Positions 1-13,725 of a stretch of DNA of 64,000 nt are shown piece by piece. The position numbers were made by a program, and so were the translations under genes. The stretch spans positions 12,192,828-12,256,827 of the forward strand of contig OZ316894.1 in the NCBI GenBank assembly GCA_973895155.1, written 5' to 3'. The notes below the pieces were generated by a model. That model ran no database searches and was not told the origin of the DNA. It worked only from the letters and a program-made list of their open reading frames with translations. The stretch comes from Marsupella aquatica (Eukaryota; Plantae; Marchantiophyta). Numbering within the stretch: position 1 is the stretch's first letter; each line of letters begins with the position of its first letter.

Positions 1-297
1 CATGAGGAGAACTTAAAAGACTATGCATTCATATTCTTCAGCATCATTTCTCTCACTCGTGATGGTGAAGCCTTTGGCTTCATCTCTAAGAAAACATATA
101 CTCTGAAAGGGGGCTGCCAAAATAAGTTCAAAACACTCTAGAATAACTAAAACTAAAGGGGTCTAAAAATTAATTAAAAATGTATAGAATACAAAGGTTG
201 CCCCTTGATAAGGCAGATTGAAATGAAAATACATGACACAAAAATCTGAATAAGACAAAATCAGAAATGTGCATTCACCATATAGTACCTTCAAAGG

Positions 298-397
298 TTT
301 CTCAAAGCTAACAATTTGATGTACCTTAACCCCTAGTTATGGGTTGAAGCTTTCTCAAAGCTGACAATTTGATGTACCTTAACCCCTAGTTATGGGT
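298..397. repeat. Tandem duplication, ~53-bp period, 2 copies
   Basis: TTTCTCAAAGCT(A/G)ACAATTTGATGTACCTTAACCCCTAGTTATGGGT occurs at 298 and 351. A second, similar-sized duplication (AGTTATGA..TATTATTTAAGACAGAACGCCAT) lies at ~558-660. Confidence 0.85.
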
Positions 398-1000
398 CAT
401 AGACACATAATATTATGCACTACAGAATTCCTAGTCTATAACTTTTCACTTTTTGCCATAAGTATTGGTCTTATGTCATAACCATTATGCCATAACCATG
501 AATTAGTGTAGAGGCTGGTGCAAGGAAAACAAAAACTTTTACATATTCTTGTGAAAAAGTTATGACCTATTATTTAAGACAGAACGCCATCTTCCTTTAA
601 TTTTCAAAACAGTTATGATATATTATTTAAGACAGAACGCCATTTTCCATTAATTTCCAAGTTTTGAGACGCCCTCATTGGCCCCAAAACTGCTTGACTT
701 TACATAACTCACCAATGGGGCCCTAAACGTGGTTTTGTGGGTACTAATCACCCTCGAGTTCACGGAAAAGTCTATGAACTTTAAAAGGTGAAAGTCGAAG
801 CAAAGGGCCGACAGCGGCAAAAGGACAAGAATCTACCAAATATACAGAGAAGCAAGAACCAAGAAGCTAGGGAACGAACAAACTGAACCTCTCTCGAGGT
901 GGGGTCCACATTTGTATCGAATCCAGATAGCTACAGTCATTTGTAAAAGCTGGGACCACGTTTGCCACAAAACCCCCTGCCTATGATTGTTGCCGCAGCA

Positions 1001-1760
1001 TCATGAGAAGATCGAGCTCCCTCCCATTGCTGGACATATCGACAATGCCAACCCAAACTTGAGTGCAGATGTTTTTCTTGTGACAATTTCGATAGAGGTC
1101 TTAAGGACTTTGCGCCGATTATTCCAACCGTGTCTGAGAGACATCCATAGAAGAGGTTCTTCTTTGAAGCTCCACTCGCACAACAACGCTACAGTTTCAT
1201 CGCTGCCATGCGTGTTCTCAACGATGTCACAGCATCCCCATCTCCATCTCAAATCCTCAAACTGGAAATTATCAAATGGAAGCAGAAAAACGTCTCTTAC
1301 GACATAGATAGTGAACATCTGACGGCAGCTCTGAAGTGGAAACCTAGAGTGACGACAAGTCGAGGCCCGGCGATTTCTCCAATGGAGCTGTCCTAAAACA
1401 TGAAGGGAACTGGAAAATCCACGTGTGCTCTATGTGCAGAATCGAAATGAAGTGTAGTGACCACGCTTAGAACAGATATTCAGTTCCACCAGCACAAGTA
1501 TGTTGTCTGTATCTGCATCCCGTCTACACAGGGACTCGCAGACCACAAATTCGTTTACAAAATGGGACGATCTTGACAAAAAGCGATTGCAGTGCAATCG
1601 AAAGGGCTTAGATCTAAAGACAAACCAGTCAAAAGATTGTTCGATATGTATCAACCACTAATATACAGACGGCTCAACCTCAATATCCTTGGGCAGGAAT
1701 CTTTGTATTTTGTTGTGTCGAGCTGAGTAGGGAATGTTCCTTTGACGAACTAGGACGCGA
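1001..1760 (-). pseudogene. Possible decayed coding region, weakly F-box-associated-like
   Basis: Consecutive minus-strand ORF fragments (1430-1654, 1001-1318) have protein-like composition and an FVVCExL.R-type segment. They are interrupted by stops and have no unambiguous domain. Confidence 0.2.
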
Positions 1761-2086
1761 TTACTACCCCAAAATTCAAACTCCTGCAAGAAATGCCAAA
1801 CTAAAGTACAGAGTCCACCTGCAGACATCAAGGTCGGTTGACAAAAGGTCCTCCTCTACCTTGCAACTATGGTATTACTCAGGTTGTGCTTACACTGGCC
1901 TCCTTAATTTTTTCCAGAAATTCAACAACGTGCTGGACGACCATAAATTCGTCGCAAGAACGAAGCAGAGTTCCACGAGCCTCAAGGAACCACACGGCAC
2001 ATAAATCGGTATCTCCTTCGAGATGTAATGATACAGAGGAAAGAAGGACCTCGGCACACAATCCTGCGGTGCAGTGGGCCATAATT

Positions 2087-2554
2087 CTAACGACGGCCCA
2101 TTATTTGCCGACCCGGAGGAGAGAAAATGACCCTCCGGTCATTGTCTCCAAACCCAAAGTAAGCAGTCTCCCGAGCCTTCAACTCCCTCAGCTCCTGGCA
2201 AATTGCGCATGGCCAACAAATCCAGTGCACCAGTGGGTCAGGCAAAGGCCTACTCGGGAGGTTGTATCTCTGTCGTAATTTTTTTCTATAATGACAAGAG
2301 TAAAGACATCCCAACGTGGTCATTTCCTGCAGAACAATCCACACTAGCGCCCCAGTGAGCCAATGCGTCGACCCCTGGTCCAATTTCTGAGCTACCATTC
2401 CGACTGCTATACAAGGGCAGAACGTTGCCAGACAACAGGAGGATGGATCCGCCAGACAGCCACAGAAACTTGCCATCCACTCTCCATCTTCATACTCTTC
2501 CTCTTCTTCTGCTTCGCGACGAGTGGTCAGCCGGGGGTAAGAATCGCGCGACAT
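2087..2554 (-). CDS. PLAC8 family (plant cadmium resistance/CNR/FW2.2-like) Cys-rich membrane protein, intronless, 155 aa from first ATG
   Basis: Motifs W.ASFCGC..D...CCLATFCPC (CCxxxxCPC), YSCHYRKKLRQRYNL, D.LVHWICWPCAICQELRELK (QxxRELK). The ORF track starts at a GTG (2575); the first ATG is at 2554. Confidence 0.93.
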   Translation of the reverse strand: MSRDSYPRLTTRREAEEEEEYEDGEWMASFCGCLADPSSCCLATFCPCIAVGMVAQKLDQGSTHWLTGALVWIVLQEMTTLGCLYSCHYRKKLRQRYNLPSRPLPDPLVHWICWPCAICQELRELKARETAYFGFGDNDRRVIFSPPGRQIMGRR

Positions 2555-4804
2555 TCTCCTCCGGTCCGGAACCACTCTGCCCCTCAGAATGATCTTCGTG
2601 CGCTGCTAGTGATAGACAAGACTTGCAGAAATCCTACAGTGCTGTCACATAAATACACCAAATTAACCCTAAACAAGATTTCACACCATTATAGAGGGAT
2701 TAAATTAATATCTGCTCATAAGGGTAATTCCGAGCTCTCGATGGCGTACAATATGAACGTTTGCGATTCAGGACGCCTCTTTCAACCCGTCACAATTGCT
2801 CGCACATCTTGGATCTTTCAAATCAAGAAATCAGGTGAAAGCCAACCACGTCATTCTCAACCTGCTGTATCAATTCTTGAGGAGCACAAATTGCCTTCAA
2901 CTTCACACCCAAGAAACCTACAGTACCTGGGCAAACAAATCCGGATCCAAATCTTCTAGCAACTCAATCCGGGCCCCAGAGAAAACATTCTACCCTTCTC
3001 TCTCCTCAAGTCATCCTCCAGTAGCCCTCCTCTCTGTGACCTATCGAGACAGTACATTAGTGCTGTCTTCTCCACAGTTGTCTACCGCACCGCAAAAGAA
3101 TCCCCAAACTCTCAACACTCTCGTCACTCGGTCGTTCAGCAAGTTACAAGTTAGGCAAGAGAGATGGGACTCGGTAACAGAACATACAATTCTTCGTCGT
3201 CCACGCTCACAGTTCAAGCCACCACTACTCGATGGAATCAGTCGGTGCAGTCAATTCAGCACCCGCAAAGCGCGACGCAGCAGCTCCACGCCTTCCCGTT
3301 TGTCCGCAGAGCCTGTAGATGGGATGGAGGGAGAAATCTCAAAGCCATCCCAGAACCATACGCGGGCGAAAACTTCACTGCAAAGTAACAAGCACGCGAG
3401 CTACAGTCGTAGATTTCACTTCCAAGCAAGCTACATTCGTCGATCACACTTCCAAGCCATCATTGCGGCCACCACGCACGGCCTCACACCTCAAGGCACG
3501 GAGCGACTTGCTTCTTTCGTCCGCGGAGTCCTGTGATTCTCGGAATTGAATCGACACAATTTTCTCTCCCAGACACCTACAGGGGCGGAATTGCTGTTCT
3601 TGCCGTTGGATGCAGAGTGGAGGCCGACATCATTTCAGTCCCGTAATTCGCTGAGCAACATTGAATGAATGAATGGAAATCATAAAGAAGTGTTTGGGCT
3701 GTTCCAGAGGTTTCTGAGCAATTGGTCCGATACGTACTACTCCTTCAGTCTAAAAGGATGGGACATTGGGACGCAGCTGATGAGCACTGGACACGGAGAA
3801 GCAAGACTGCGCTCTAAAACGTGGCTTCGTGAGGAAGAAAGTTTCGGTCCACGTTTTGGGTACAGTCATGTTACTTCTTCGGTGGGTAAAAGTGGCCTCT
3901 CTCTATGGGTGGCTTTTAGCGTGTTCAAACTCCCACTAATTGCATCTAGCTAGGAAGATTTGTCAATAGAGATATTTGAATTTAGAAGTACATGCAAACT
4001 CCAAGTTAGAGTTGGAGTGAAGACTCTAGAGTGTAACTCTATGCCCCATCATAGGTATGATGTATGTCAAATAAGGTTCGTGTATATTTTTTGTCATGTT
4101 TTTTGTTTACATTCAAATAATGGGCATTTAGGCTAGTTATCATTGAAGATGTTTAAATTTATAATATTACCACTATTTTAATTATATTTACAAATCAAGA
4201 ACTATAGTAAAGGGGTTTGCCCTTTTTTTTACAGTGGTTGTCGTTTAAAAACACCGGGCCATTTTGTGTGAGAAAAATCAAACGGTAGAAAATGGAAGGA
4301 ATAGAAGGAAAAATTTGCAGGAAGAAGTTAGCGTCCCAGCTGCACAGTGCGGCGACCACCCTGTGCCACCGTGCTGTGTGCCCCCATCCCTCTGCTCGCC
4401 AATGCCCTCCTTTGCCTCATGCCTGGACCACCTCCCTCCCCTGTCCTTAACTCTTAACGACATCTTGGGCAACATGACACCTGTGTTATTCACAATATTT
4501 TGGGCTTTTATCTTAAAGACATCTTGAGAAACACGATGCCCTTTTTTATTCACAGCATTCTGGGTGACACGACATCTTTTTTCTTCACGCCATAGTTTTT
4601 CTTCACGACATCTTTTGTGCAATGCACGGGTATTGAGCTTACTCTTCATACTCTTCCCATATGCAAAACTGTGACATATTTGCAAATACAAAAAAATAAT
4701 GATAGTAGTGTCAATAAGAACATCTATAATGACAAAGTACACTTAGAAGTTCTAATTGCATTTAAAACTATGATGTATTATGTCACTCCATACCATGATG
4801 AATC

Positions 4805-5148
4805 TGTTAGATATTGCTCTAGTCTTGTGACTCATGAGCTAACCACAGTTAGTCTAACTCGGGTTAGGACTTAGCTAATGTTAGCGGTACTGCTGGTGTG
4901 CATATAGCCAGGGCTGATGCCAGACCCTGGTGGAACTTAGGCTCATTGTTACGGAGCTAGTTGAGAGATAGAAAGAGCTTGTGCTGTGGATGCTTGGTAT
5001 GGCTGGTCGGCCTAGAGTGCAGTAAAGCTCTTGTGTGGTCCCGTGGACGTAGCCTCATGTGGAGGTGAACCACGTATCTCTCTGTGTCGACTATTGTGCG
5101 TTGGATGTTTCATGGGCTTGCCGTTACGAATGTCGTCTATGCTCAACA
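4805..5148 (+). mobile_element. Solo LTR of the copia family at 7184-13720 (diverged, opposite orientation)
   Basis: 344 bp, TGTTAG...TCAACA. Reverse complement of the copia LTRs (shared GTGGAACTTAGGCTCATTGTTA, GGAGGTGAACCACGTATCTC, TGTCGTCTATGCTCAACA). Flanks GAATC/TAATC form an imperfect 5-bp TSD. Confidence 0.88.
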
Positions 5149-5619
5149 TAATCTTATTTTAATTATTTTGTTTAAATCATTTAGTGTTATTGTAAATACA
5201 TATGCGAGTACATATGTGGCTCCCAAACAGTTTTTTATGTGCAATTACTGGGATGCTTTCATTTAGTGGCAAAAATTTCTGTAAAGAGGTCTTAACTAAA
5301 GACACTTTGGCAAGAAATTGCTAGGACTTTAGTATTTCAGTAACCACTTTCCATCTAGCCTTCACCCACTTTAGGGAAAATATATCACTTATCCCAAATC
5401 TCCATAAATTAGATAGCCACTTTGGCAAAACATTTCTAGTTTTCTAACCTTTCAGTAGCCACTTTTCCGCCTAGCCATATACTCCACCAGCCACACTCTA
5501 ACTGTTATTCTTAATCTACAGAAATTTAATCTACAAAATTAGATAAGGAGTAATCTTAGGATCATCTCATTCACCCTGTCACCACCCTGGCCAAAAAGGA
5601 AAAGACTTTAGATCAGGCC

Positions 5620-6460
5620 AATGGTTTTACAAGAAGTGGGGGCACTTGTGAGGTTTTTTTCACCAAAGGGAACTGGATGGTCCCTATTGTTCGAAAGATA
5701 GACTCCAGACAAAATTCTTTTGACACCAAGCTCAATAAATGCAAATCCTAACCTTGAAGGAGAAGTCAAAGCTTGAAAATATTGGGACCACCTGGTCTAA
5801 AATTCCAGCTAAAATAAACACTATATATCAGCATCTACTTGGGCCCACTCTTTGCCATGTAGGATGGTATTCAACATACTTGAATGCCCCCCTTCTTTTG
5901 TAAACCCAATTGCAGCCCTTGCCACTCATTCTACAGTCCAGATTTAACATAATTATGACTGAAATTAAAGAAGGAATGCCGCCCTCCCCCAAGGCTTTGT
6001 AAAGTCAATTTGTAATGTCACCTCAAAGGTCACTTTACAAGAAATGGGGGCACATTTGTCTTTAACACCCTAGCAAACTAAGTGGAAGGTAAGGTTCAAG
6101 AGACACTATGATATCAAAAATCTTCTAAAATGAAGCTCTGGATCCCTTAAATGAAGGAGCCAAAAGTTTGAAAAATGTTTGGACCTGACAATGCAAATCC
6201 CTAGACTGAGTGAACAAAAGTTTTAAAATGTGTGGACTGGGTCACTTCTTCTTCTAAATATAGACTCCAGACCAAAAATCGTCTAAAATGAAATTCAAGA
6301 AATATTAATCGGGAAAATAAGCCAAAGTTTGGACCACCTGTGGTCCAAATACTAGACAAAATAAGTACTCCATGTCAACATTTACTTGGGCCCACTACTT
6401 GCCATGTGGATTTAGTAGATACTATATTCCCTCGAGTGTTTGTAAAGCCAATTGCAACCC
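5620..6460. mobile_element. Degenerate MITE-like copies, related to the Tourist-like element at 59565-60121
   Basis: TTTACAAGAA(G/A)TGGGGGCAC at ~5626 and ~6034, and inverse TGCCCCC..CTTTTGTAAA at ~5886. TTGGGCCCACT..TT.GCCATGT.GAT blocks are shared with 59956. Confidence 0.55.
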
Positions 6461-6556
6461 TTTTTGCCTTGAAAAATCATTTTGAATTCCATCCAAAAGA
6501 CAACATACAACACCAAGGGGGCACCAAGGGGGACCAGAGGTTGGAGGTGCAAATCT

Positions 6557-6557
<1 letters not shown>

Positions 6558-6584
<27 letters not shown>
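6558..6584. repeat. (GA)n microsatellite
   Basis: Direct dinucleotide run. Confidence 0.95.
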
Positions 6585-6591
<7 letters not shown>

Positions 6592-7183
6592 AGGCACCAG
6601 GACAGACGACAGGCCTTCCAAAGTGAAGATAGGCCTTCCAAAGTGAAGATAGCAAAACAAGAAATTTAATTACTACAGCCGCGGTAGGAGAAGCACACTC
6701 CACATGACTAGCCAGTGCTCAAGTACCAACAAGGTACCATTAAGTGGTTCCCTGATGGAGCTACTGTACTTTACTACCAGTCAGGGCTACAGTGAGGCAT
6801 CTAATCCTATGAGGCAAGCTAAGCTCATGGTGGGTGGGGGGGGGGCATGGTACCTGCAATCTGTCCAAATGAATTGCCCAAAGACCTGAGTAAGCACCAC
6901 AATCAAAACACATATCTAAGTAGGCCTTTGTTGTTGTTGATTTCCCAGCTTGGATCTTAGCACAATGTTTGGCCCAATCCTTTCTAAGATAAACTCCTAG
7001 TCAGTGCCATGATTTCCCAAATAACAATATGAGGATTGGACCTAGTGTGCTCAATGAAATGAGAGTTACGGTCCTTCCAGATTTTCCAGCAGACCCGTAG
7101 GGTATGTCACATATTTTCAGTGACATCCCACTCTTCAGGTCAGGGTTTAGCAACAAAAAATTGAGTTGGCTAAAGATGCAGAG

Positions 7184-7526
7184 TGTTGAGCATAGACGAC
7201 ACTCGTAACGATAAGCACATGACACATCCAACGCGCAAGTAGTCGACACAAGAGATACGTGGTTCACCTCCTTGAGGCTACGTCCACGGGAACACACAAG
7301 AGAGCTTTACTGAACTCTAAGCCTGTCGACTATACCAAGTCTCCACAGTGTAAGCTCTCCTCATCTCTCAAGTGGCCCCATAACAATGAGCCTAAGTTCC
7401 ACTTATCCAAGCAAACACCGCTTGACATATAGTGTGCATCCTAGTTAACCTAATCACATCTCCGACTACGGTTAGTCTAACTATGGTTATATGTCGTAAC
7501 CCTAGACCTTGAGTAAATACCTAACA
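7184..7526 (-). repeat. 3' LTR of copia element
   Basis: 343 bp; adjacent to the PPT. Confidence 0.96.
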
Positions 7527-7537
7527 ATCTCCCCCTT
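7527..7537 (-). other. Polypurine tract
   Basis: AAGGGGGAGAT on the minus strand immediately upstream of the 3' LTR. Confidence 0.9.
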
Positions 7538-7718
7538 GACTCTGGTCTAGGGGAGGGTAATACTGCTAACCTATATGATTCCTCAGCGGGAAGTTCTGGA
7601 CAAAAACCAACATGGTTTCCCCTCTCTAACTAGAGCAAACCAGAACTAAGCCATAGCCTATTACTAGGAGTGAAGAAGAGCATATATCAGTAATTACAAC
7701 GAATGTTAAGAAAAACCC

Positions 7719-10700
7719 TTACTTGTGACGCAATTGCAAAACCTGCAACACATCACGATGTCTAGAGAAACTTTCCAAAGGAATCACTTTGGTAAATGCG
7801 TCAACTGGGTTGAGTTTACCGTCTATCTTGACTAGCTCAAATAAATTATCAGACACAACCTGCCTGATAAAATGGTACCTGACGTCTATGTGCTTCACTC
7901 TACCATCCATCACGTGGTTCACAGCAAGGTGGAGCGCACTCTGACTATCACAATGGAGCTTCACATTCCCCTGTGGCAATCCTATTTCAGTGATAAGTCT
8001 ATCCAACCAAATTGCTTCCTTCGCTGCTTCCGCTGCTGCAACATACTCTCTCGCATACTCTGCTTCTGTAGTAGACTGAGCAATACACTTCTGCAAAGTA
8101 GACCTCCAACTTATGCATCCACCGCCAAGTGTGAACACGTACCCTGTTGTTGATCTCCTTCGGTCCAGATCTTGTCCATAGTCAGAATCTACATAGCCAA
8201 TCAATGATCTTGCATTATTTGCATTTGCATCAAATAAAAGACCATGATCCACGGTACCCTTCAAGTACCTGATAATCCACTTCACTGCTTCCCAATGTAC
8301 GTTCCCTGGATTCGACATGTACCTGCTTACCTTGCCCATAGCCATGGCAAGATTAGGTTTAGTGCAAGTCATCAAATACATGAGACTTCCCATTGCCTTA
8401 TCATAAGGAACCTTTGACATCAGCCCCTTCTCTGTTGCATCTGTGGGACAAAAAGCTGATGACAATTTGAAGTGTGCAGCCAAAGGGGTACTTACTGGCT
8501 TACTATCCCCCATGTTGAACCTGGCAATTACCTTCCTTGCATAACTGCTCTATGTCAACCATAGCTAACCAGCCTCCAAGTCCCTAGTGATCTCCATACC
8601 CAAAATCCTCTTAGCTGGCCCTAAGTCCTTCATCTTAAACTCTGCACTTAGCAGTGCCTTGAGCTTAACAATCTCAGACCTATCCTTGGTCGCAATAAAC
8701 ATGTCATCCATATAAAGTACTAAAACAATGAACCCAAAGACAATATTTTTCACCGGTTTCAAATATACACAAGGTTCAAACACACTCCTATGAAAACCTT
8801 GTGACCGAATCCAATCGTCAAACCGCTTGTTCCACTGTCTTGGTGACTGCTTCAACCCATACAAGGATTTCAACAATCTGCAAACCAGTTCCTCTTGTCC
8901 TCTCTTCACAAAACCTAGCGGCTGTCTCATGAAGATCACCTCTTCTAAGGTGCCATAGAGGAAAGTTGTGACAACATCCATCTGATCTAGCAGTAGACCA
9001 AACATTACAACAAACACACACAATAGCCGTATTGTTGAGTACTTAGCAACTGGTGAGAAGACCTCATTGTAATCCACACCTTTCTCTTGTGTGAATTTCT
9101 TTGCTACCAACCTAGCCTTGTAGACCTTCGATCCACTTCCTGCCGAATTATCCTTCAGCTTGTAAATCCATTTGCTGTCCACCACTTGCTGACCCTTAGG
9201 CAACTTAACAAGCTCCCAAGTTTTGTTGTCCTTCAGTGACTGCATCTCCGTTTGCATGGCTACAGTCCACTCCTGCTTCTCCTTTGAAGCACTTGCCTTA
9301 TGAAATGAAGAAGGTTCCCCTTCTTCCAAAACCAACGCATCATCCTCATCATCAGCTACAAAATCATCCTCTTGCAATTGAGATGAATCAACCCACTGTC
9401 CATACCTAGGAGGAGGGCGTACAGTGCGACCAGATGTTCTTCTAGTCGATGACTCCGATTGAATTGCATCTACTGGTACAATTTGAAGCTCAGCAACATC
9501 CACTTGCTGCTCATCAGCATCAACAAACTCCTCTTGTTCCTCTGGCACAGGAACCAGCTCCATGCTTGGAGCACCTCCTTCTCGTCGATCATGTACCTCA
9601 TGATCAATCTCCCCCTCAACGAGATCCGGGATAGGAGATTTTCCTTTGTCAGTACGGGAGACCTGAGTATTCTCCCCCTCCCTCAATAATCTCGATTCAT
9701 TGAAGGAAACATCTCTACTGACAACGAGCTTACAAGCAATAGGATCCCATAGCCTGTAGGCCTTCACACCACTTTGATACCCAAGAAAAATATATTTATT
9801 GGACGTAGGATCCAACTTGGTCCTATTCTACTTCGGTGTGAGAGCATATGCATCACTTCCAAAAACTACCAAGCCATGATAGTCTGCTTGCCGCTTATAA
9901 CGCATTTCAAACGGCATTTTGAAATTGATTGCACTAGAAGGAGAAAAATTTACCAAATAAGCTGCAGTATTGACAGCTTCTGCCCAAAATTCATGTGGTA
10001 AACCTGATTGGCTCAACATACTCCGTGACCGCTCCAACAGTGTTTGATTGAGCCTCTCAGCGACACCATTCTGTTGCGGAGTATAAACTGTGGTGAGATG
10101 GCGAGTTATCCCCTGTTTTGCACAGTACTCTTCAAATTCTATTGAAGTGTACTCCCCACCGTTGCCTGACCTCAGACTTTTCACCCTTGTATCCAAACAC
10201 TTAACTGTGTTTCCTGTCTGATTCTCCACTTGGGCCTTCCACTTCGTAAAAATGGACAAGACATCAGACTTATGCGTCATGAAATAAATCCATATAAATC
10301 TTGAGTAATCGTCAATAAATGATACATAGTACAATTTTCCAGAGTGTGAGGGAGTTGGGGATGGACCCAACACGTCACTATGTATGTACTCAAGAACCGC
10401 TTTGGAACGATGAGTTCCAACACCGAAAGCACGACGATGCTGCTTTCCAAAAATGCAATGCTCACAGAAATCCAATTTACAAGACTGCAAATCAGAAATG
10501 AGCCCATTCTTCCGCAAGATAGCCAATCCCTTCTCACTCATGTGGCCTAGCCGTGAATGCCACAGTTGAGTCATTTTCTCGTAAGACTTGGTTACATTGG
10601 CCTCTCCACATATTGTATTGCCCTACAGCACATACAAATTCTTCTGTCTGCTCCCCTTCAAAATCACTGTCTCTCCCGACATGACTTGAAGTTCACTATC

Positions 10701-12000
10701 AATTACTCGCCATTGATGACCATTTGTATCCAACACACCGAATGAAATCAAATTCTTACGCATGCCAGGTACAAACCTGACTCCGGACACTGTGCGCACA
10801 ATGCCATCAAACATTTGAATTTTTACAGACCCAATACCCTCAACTCGACAGGAGTGATCATTTCCCATCAAAACTGAACTGTTTGACACAAAATAAGAAT
10901 TGAAATACTCGCGAATGTAACAAATATGAAAGAAGCAAGCACAATCAAGAATCCACACATCATTTTCTCTCCTAGATGATGTGCATAGGGCATACTCTTG
11001 ATTTCATAAAACATACTCATCATTGAGTAAATCAACTTCTCCATCATCACTAGCCACATTGGCTGATGAAGATTCAGCTGCCTTATCCTTACAATCCCTC
11101 TTAACGTGACCAACCTTGTGACACTTCCAGCAGACTACTGGCTTTCTCTCCTGGGACTTCCCCCTTGAAGCAAATCTTGTCCTAGATTTACTTCTTCCCA
11201 TGCCCTGCGTGCGCTGCTCTTGACGCTTTTGTGACCTCCCACGATTCACATTCAAGGCAGCACCAGACGATGATGATGGCTGAGAGGGCATGGTCAATTT
11301 CTGCTGCAAGTCATCAGTCAACAGAGCACTTACAACTTCATTGTAAGTGATAGTCTTCGTGTCACGATGAAGCAGCACTCGTGACAATGACTGATATGAT
11401 GAGGGTAAAGAGCTAAGCAAGTGAAGAGCCTGCCGCTCATCACTCAAATCCTCCCCCAAATTTTGCAAATCAACGACCAGGTCGTTGAAACCATCGATAT
11501 GGTCTTGAATCTTTGCACTTCCCTCCTTCATCTTGAAGCTCATAAGCTCATAAGCTTCAAAGATGTGTAGAGCCGATTCGATAGCTCCTTTTGATGGTAC
11601 TTTTGCTCCAACGTGGCAAACAATGATGCACAATCGACATGGTCTGCCAACTGCTTGATGACATTAGGCTGAAGATAGAGCATCATGGTGCTCACAGCCT
11701 GCTCCTGCATGTCCTGCCAGTCATCTTATCGACATCATTTGGCTGGTCCTTCAGCAATTTCCCAAGCCCGGTTGCACGGAGTACCCCCTTCACTTGTCGC
11801 TCCCACAACAAGTAGTCTGTGCGGCCATCGTATTTTGTAACCTCAAACTTGGGACCTCCAAGCTTGATTGTCCCCATCCTTTTTCTTGTCACTCGCCGTA
11901 ATACCGGTGACCACAATTCTGCTAGATCTTCCGTTTCCTCCTCTGTTCTCTCCGGTGACTCAACAAAACCCTCCTCCAAGTCACTCATGTGAGAAATCAA
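7719..12000 (-). pseudogene. Copia gag-pol, broken by stops/frameshifts
   Basis: Gag with CCHC knuckle CWKCHKVGHVKRDC (11004-12000); protease WILDCACFFH with degenerate DSG (10623-10958); integrase LWHSRLGH..CEHC, SFIDDYSR, PQQNGVAER (9828-10574); RT YKARLVAK, LYGLKQSPRQW, LYMDDM (8565-9815); RNase H GYVDSD, STTEAEY, CDSQSA, KHIDVRYHF (7719-8513). Confidence 0.96.
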
Positions 12001-13365
12001 GAAAAAATGACGTTTTTCTCAACTTCTCAAAAAACTCAAAAGTTATCACCGCCACTTAGCCCACGAGCCTAGCTTTCCAACGCTGAAAACCAAAATCAAA
12101 ACCAAACTCCGACGTAAAAGTTATTCACTTTTCGGTCGGGGTGGATAAAACTTGGAATTCTCCCCCGTTTTGACCAAATCGAGGAATAACCAACATTTGA
12201 ACTAGTACCCGACGTCGGAAATGCAATTCAATTTTTGCACCGCGTTGCCAACTCTGATGGCTAGCAACTTGCCGAAGATGAACGAAAAAAGTTACCTTTC
12301 GGCGGACAAAATCTTTGACGGACGGACAAAAAATAGCTCTCTGGTTTTTTGGAATATTCTATGACCCTTATACAAGCCCTATGGGAATTTTGGAAGAACA
12401 ATCGAGGGGCTGACACGTGTCCTCGAACCCCCAAAACCCCCTACCACCCTTCGTCATCGAAATCTGGTCGTGCGCGCAGAAAATACACACGGCAGAATGT
12501 ACCCCTCGACACCAAACGCAAGATATCTCACTCGTGTTTTGACGAAATCAAGATCTGATTTCAGATTTGGAAACTAGACTCTGAGGCGGTGAAGATAGAT
12601 ATAAGAAGCACCCAAAACGAGGAAAGAACGAGGGAGAAAAAAATTGGTAAAGATGATAGATTTTTCTCAATTGCCATAGCCAATTTCGAATCAGTTTTTC
12701 AAAGAGAAAAAATGGTACCTTGTCAACAATGAATGTTGATGTATTGCACTTGGTGCCGTCACCAAGTCCAACAAGGTAATTGATTTCGCTTAGCCTTCCT
12801 CTTCGCATCAAAGAGCCAATCCCGGACTCACAATAATCGTCTTGCCTCAATCTCTCCGTTGAGTCAAAACACTTGACGCTTCTCCCTCCAAGTTGATTGC
12901 CACGACAGGAAACCCCGCTCAGGCAAAAGAGGACTCCATAGCCGGTCAGAAAATCAGAATGCTTCTTTTACTTGTCCCGTCGCACACGGTATTCACTTGG
13001 TAACAAATCAGCTACCAAAACAAACAGCTCGTCCCGATCTACAAGCAGAGCTACAGCATGCGATGCCTCCTTCGCCGTAGAGCTCACACCATTGAGAAAA
13101 AAACTCTGGTCCCTCCTCCAAAAAACCGTCGAACACGAATATTGCCGACTTTCTTCACAAAATCCAGAACGACAAAAACTTAGATCTCTCCGCACCACGA
13201 GCTCCGTTCAGCGATTTCTTCACACCGTTAGAAAGCTCTTGCCCCAATCTATCCGTTGAGCCCATAAACTCCAAGTTCCATGCGACGAAACTCCGGGAAA
13301 TCCACCGACACTCAACGTTGGAAAAACTGTCACGAAATCCCGTCACGAACACACGTCCCAGGCAT

Positions 13366-13377
13366 GCTCTGATACCA
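13366..13377 (-). other. Primer-binding site, initiator tRNA-Met
   Basis: TGGTATCAGAGC on the minus strand, 2 nt inside the 5' LTR. Confidence 0.95.
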
Positions 13378-13379
13378 AT

Positions 13380-13720
13380 TGTTGAGCATAGACGACACTC
13401 GTAACGATAAGCACATGACACATCCAACGCGCAAGTAGTCGACACAAGAGATACGTGGTTCACCTCCTTGAGGCTACATCCACGGGAACACACGAGAGCT
13501 TTACTGAACTCTAAGCCCGTCGGCTATACCAAGTCTCCATAGTGTAAGCTCTCCTCATCTCTCAAGTGGCTCCATAACAATGAGCCTAAGTTCCACTTAT
13601 CCAAGCAAACACTGCTTGGCATATAGTGTGCATCCTAGTTAACCTAACCACGTCTCCGACTATGGTTAGTCTAACTATGGTTATATATCGTAACCCTAGA
13701 TCTTGAGTAAATACCTAACA
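13380..13720 (-). repeat. 5' LTR of copia element
   Basis: 341 bp. By manual alignment it differs from the 3' LTR by ~12 substitutions (all transitions) and one 2-bp indel. Confidence 0.96.
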
Positions 13721-13725
13721 CAGAG

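Larger units (their letters stand above)
7184..13720 (-). mobile_element. Full-length Ty1/copia LTR retrotransposon, coding region decayed
   Basis: Paired LTRs 7184-7526 and 13380-13720 (TG...CA), TSD CAGAG (7179-7183, 13721-13725), PBS, PPT, and gag-PR-INT-RT-RH order on the minus strand. Confidence 0.97.

Noticed and set aside
2796-3536. 246-aa plus-strand ORF (and 2363-2959)
   Set aside because: Ser-rich with no recognisable domain, antisense to the PLAC8 gene or its leader; likely spurious.
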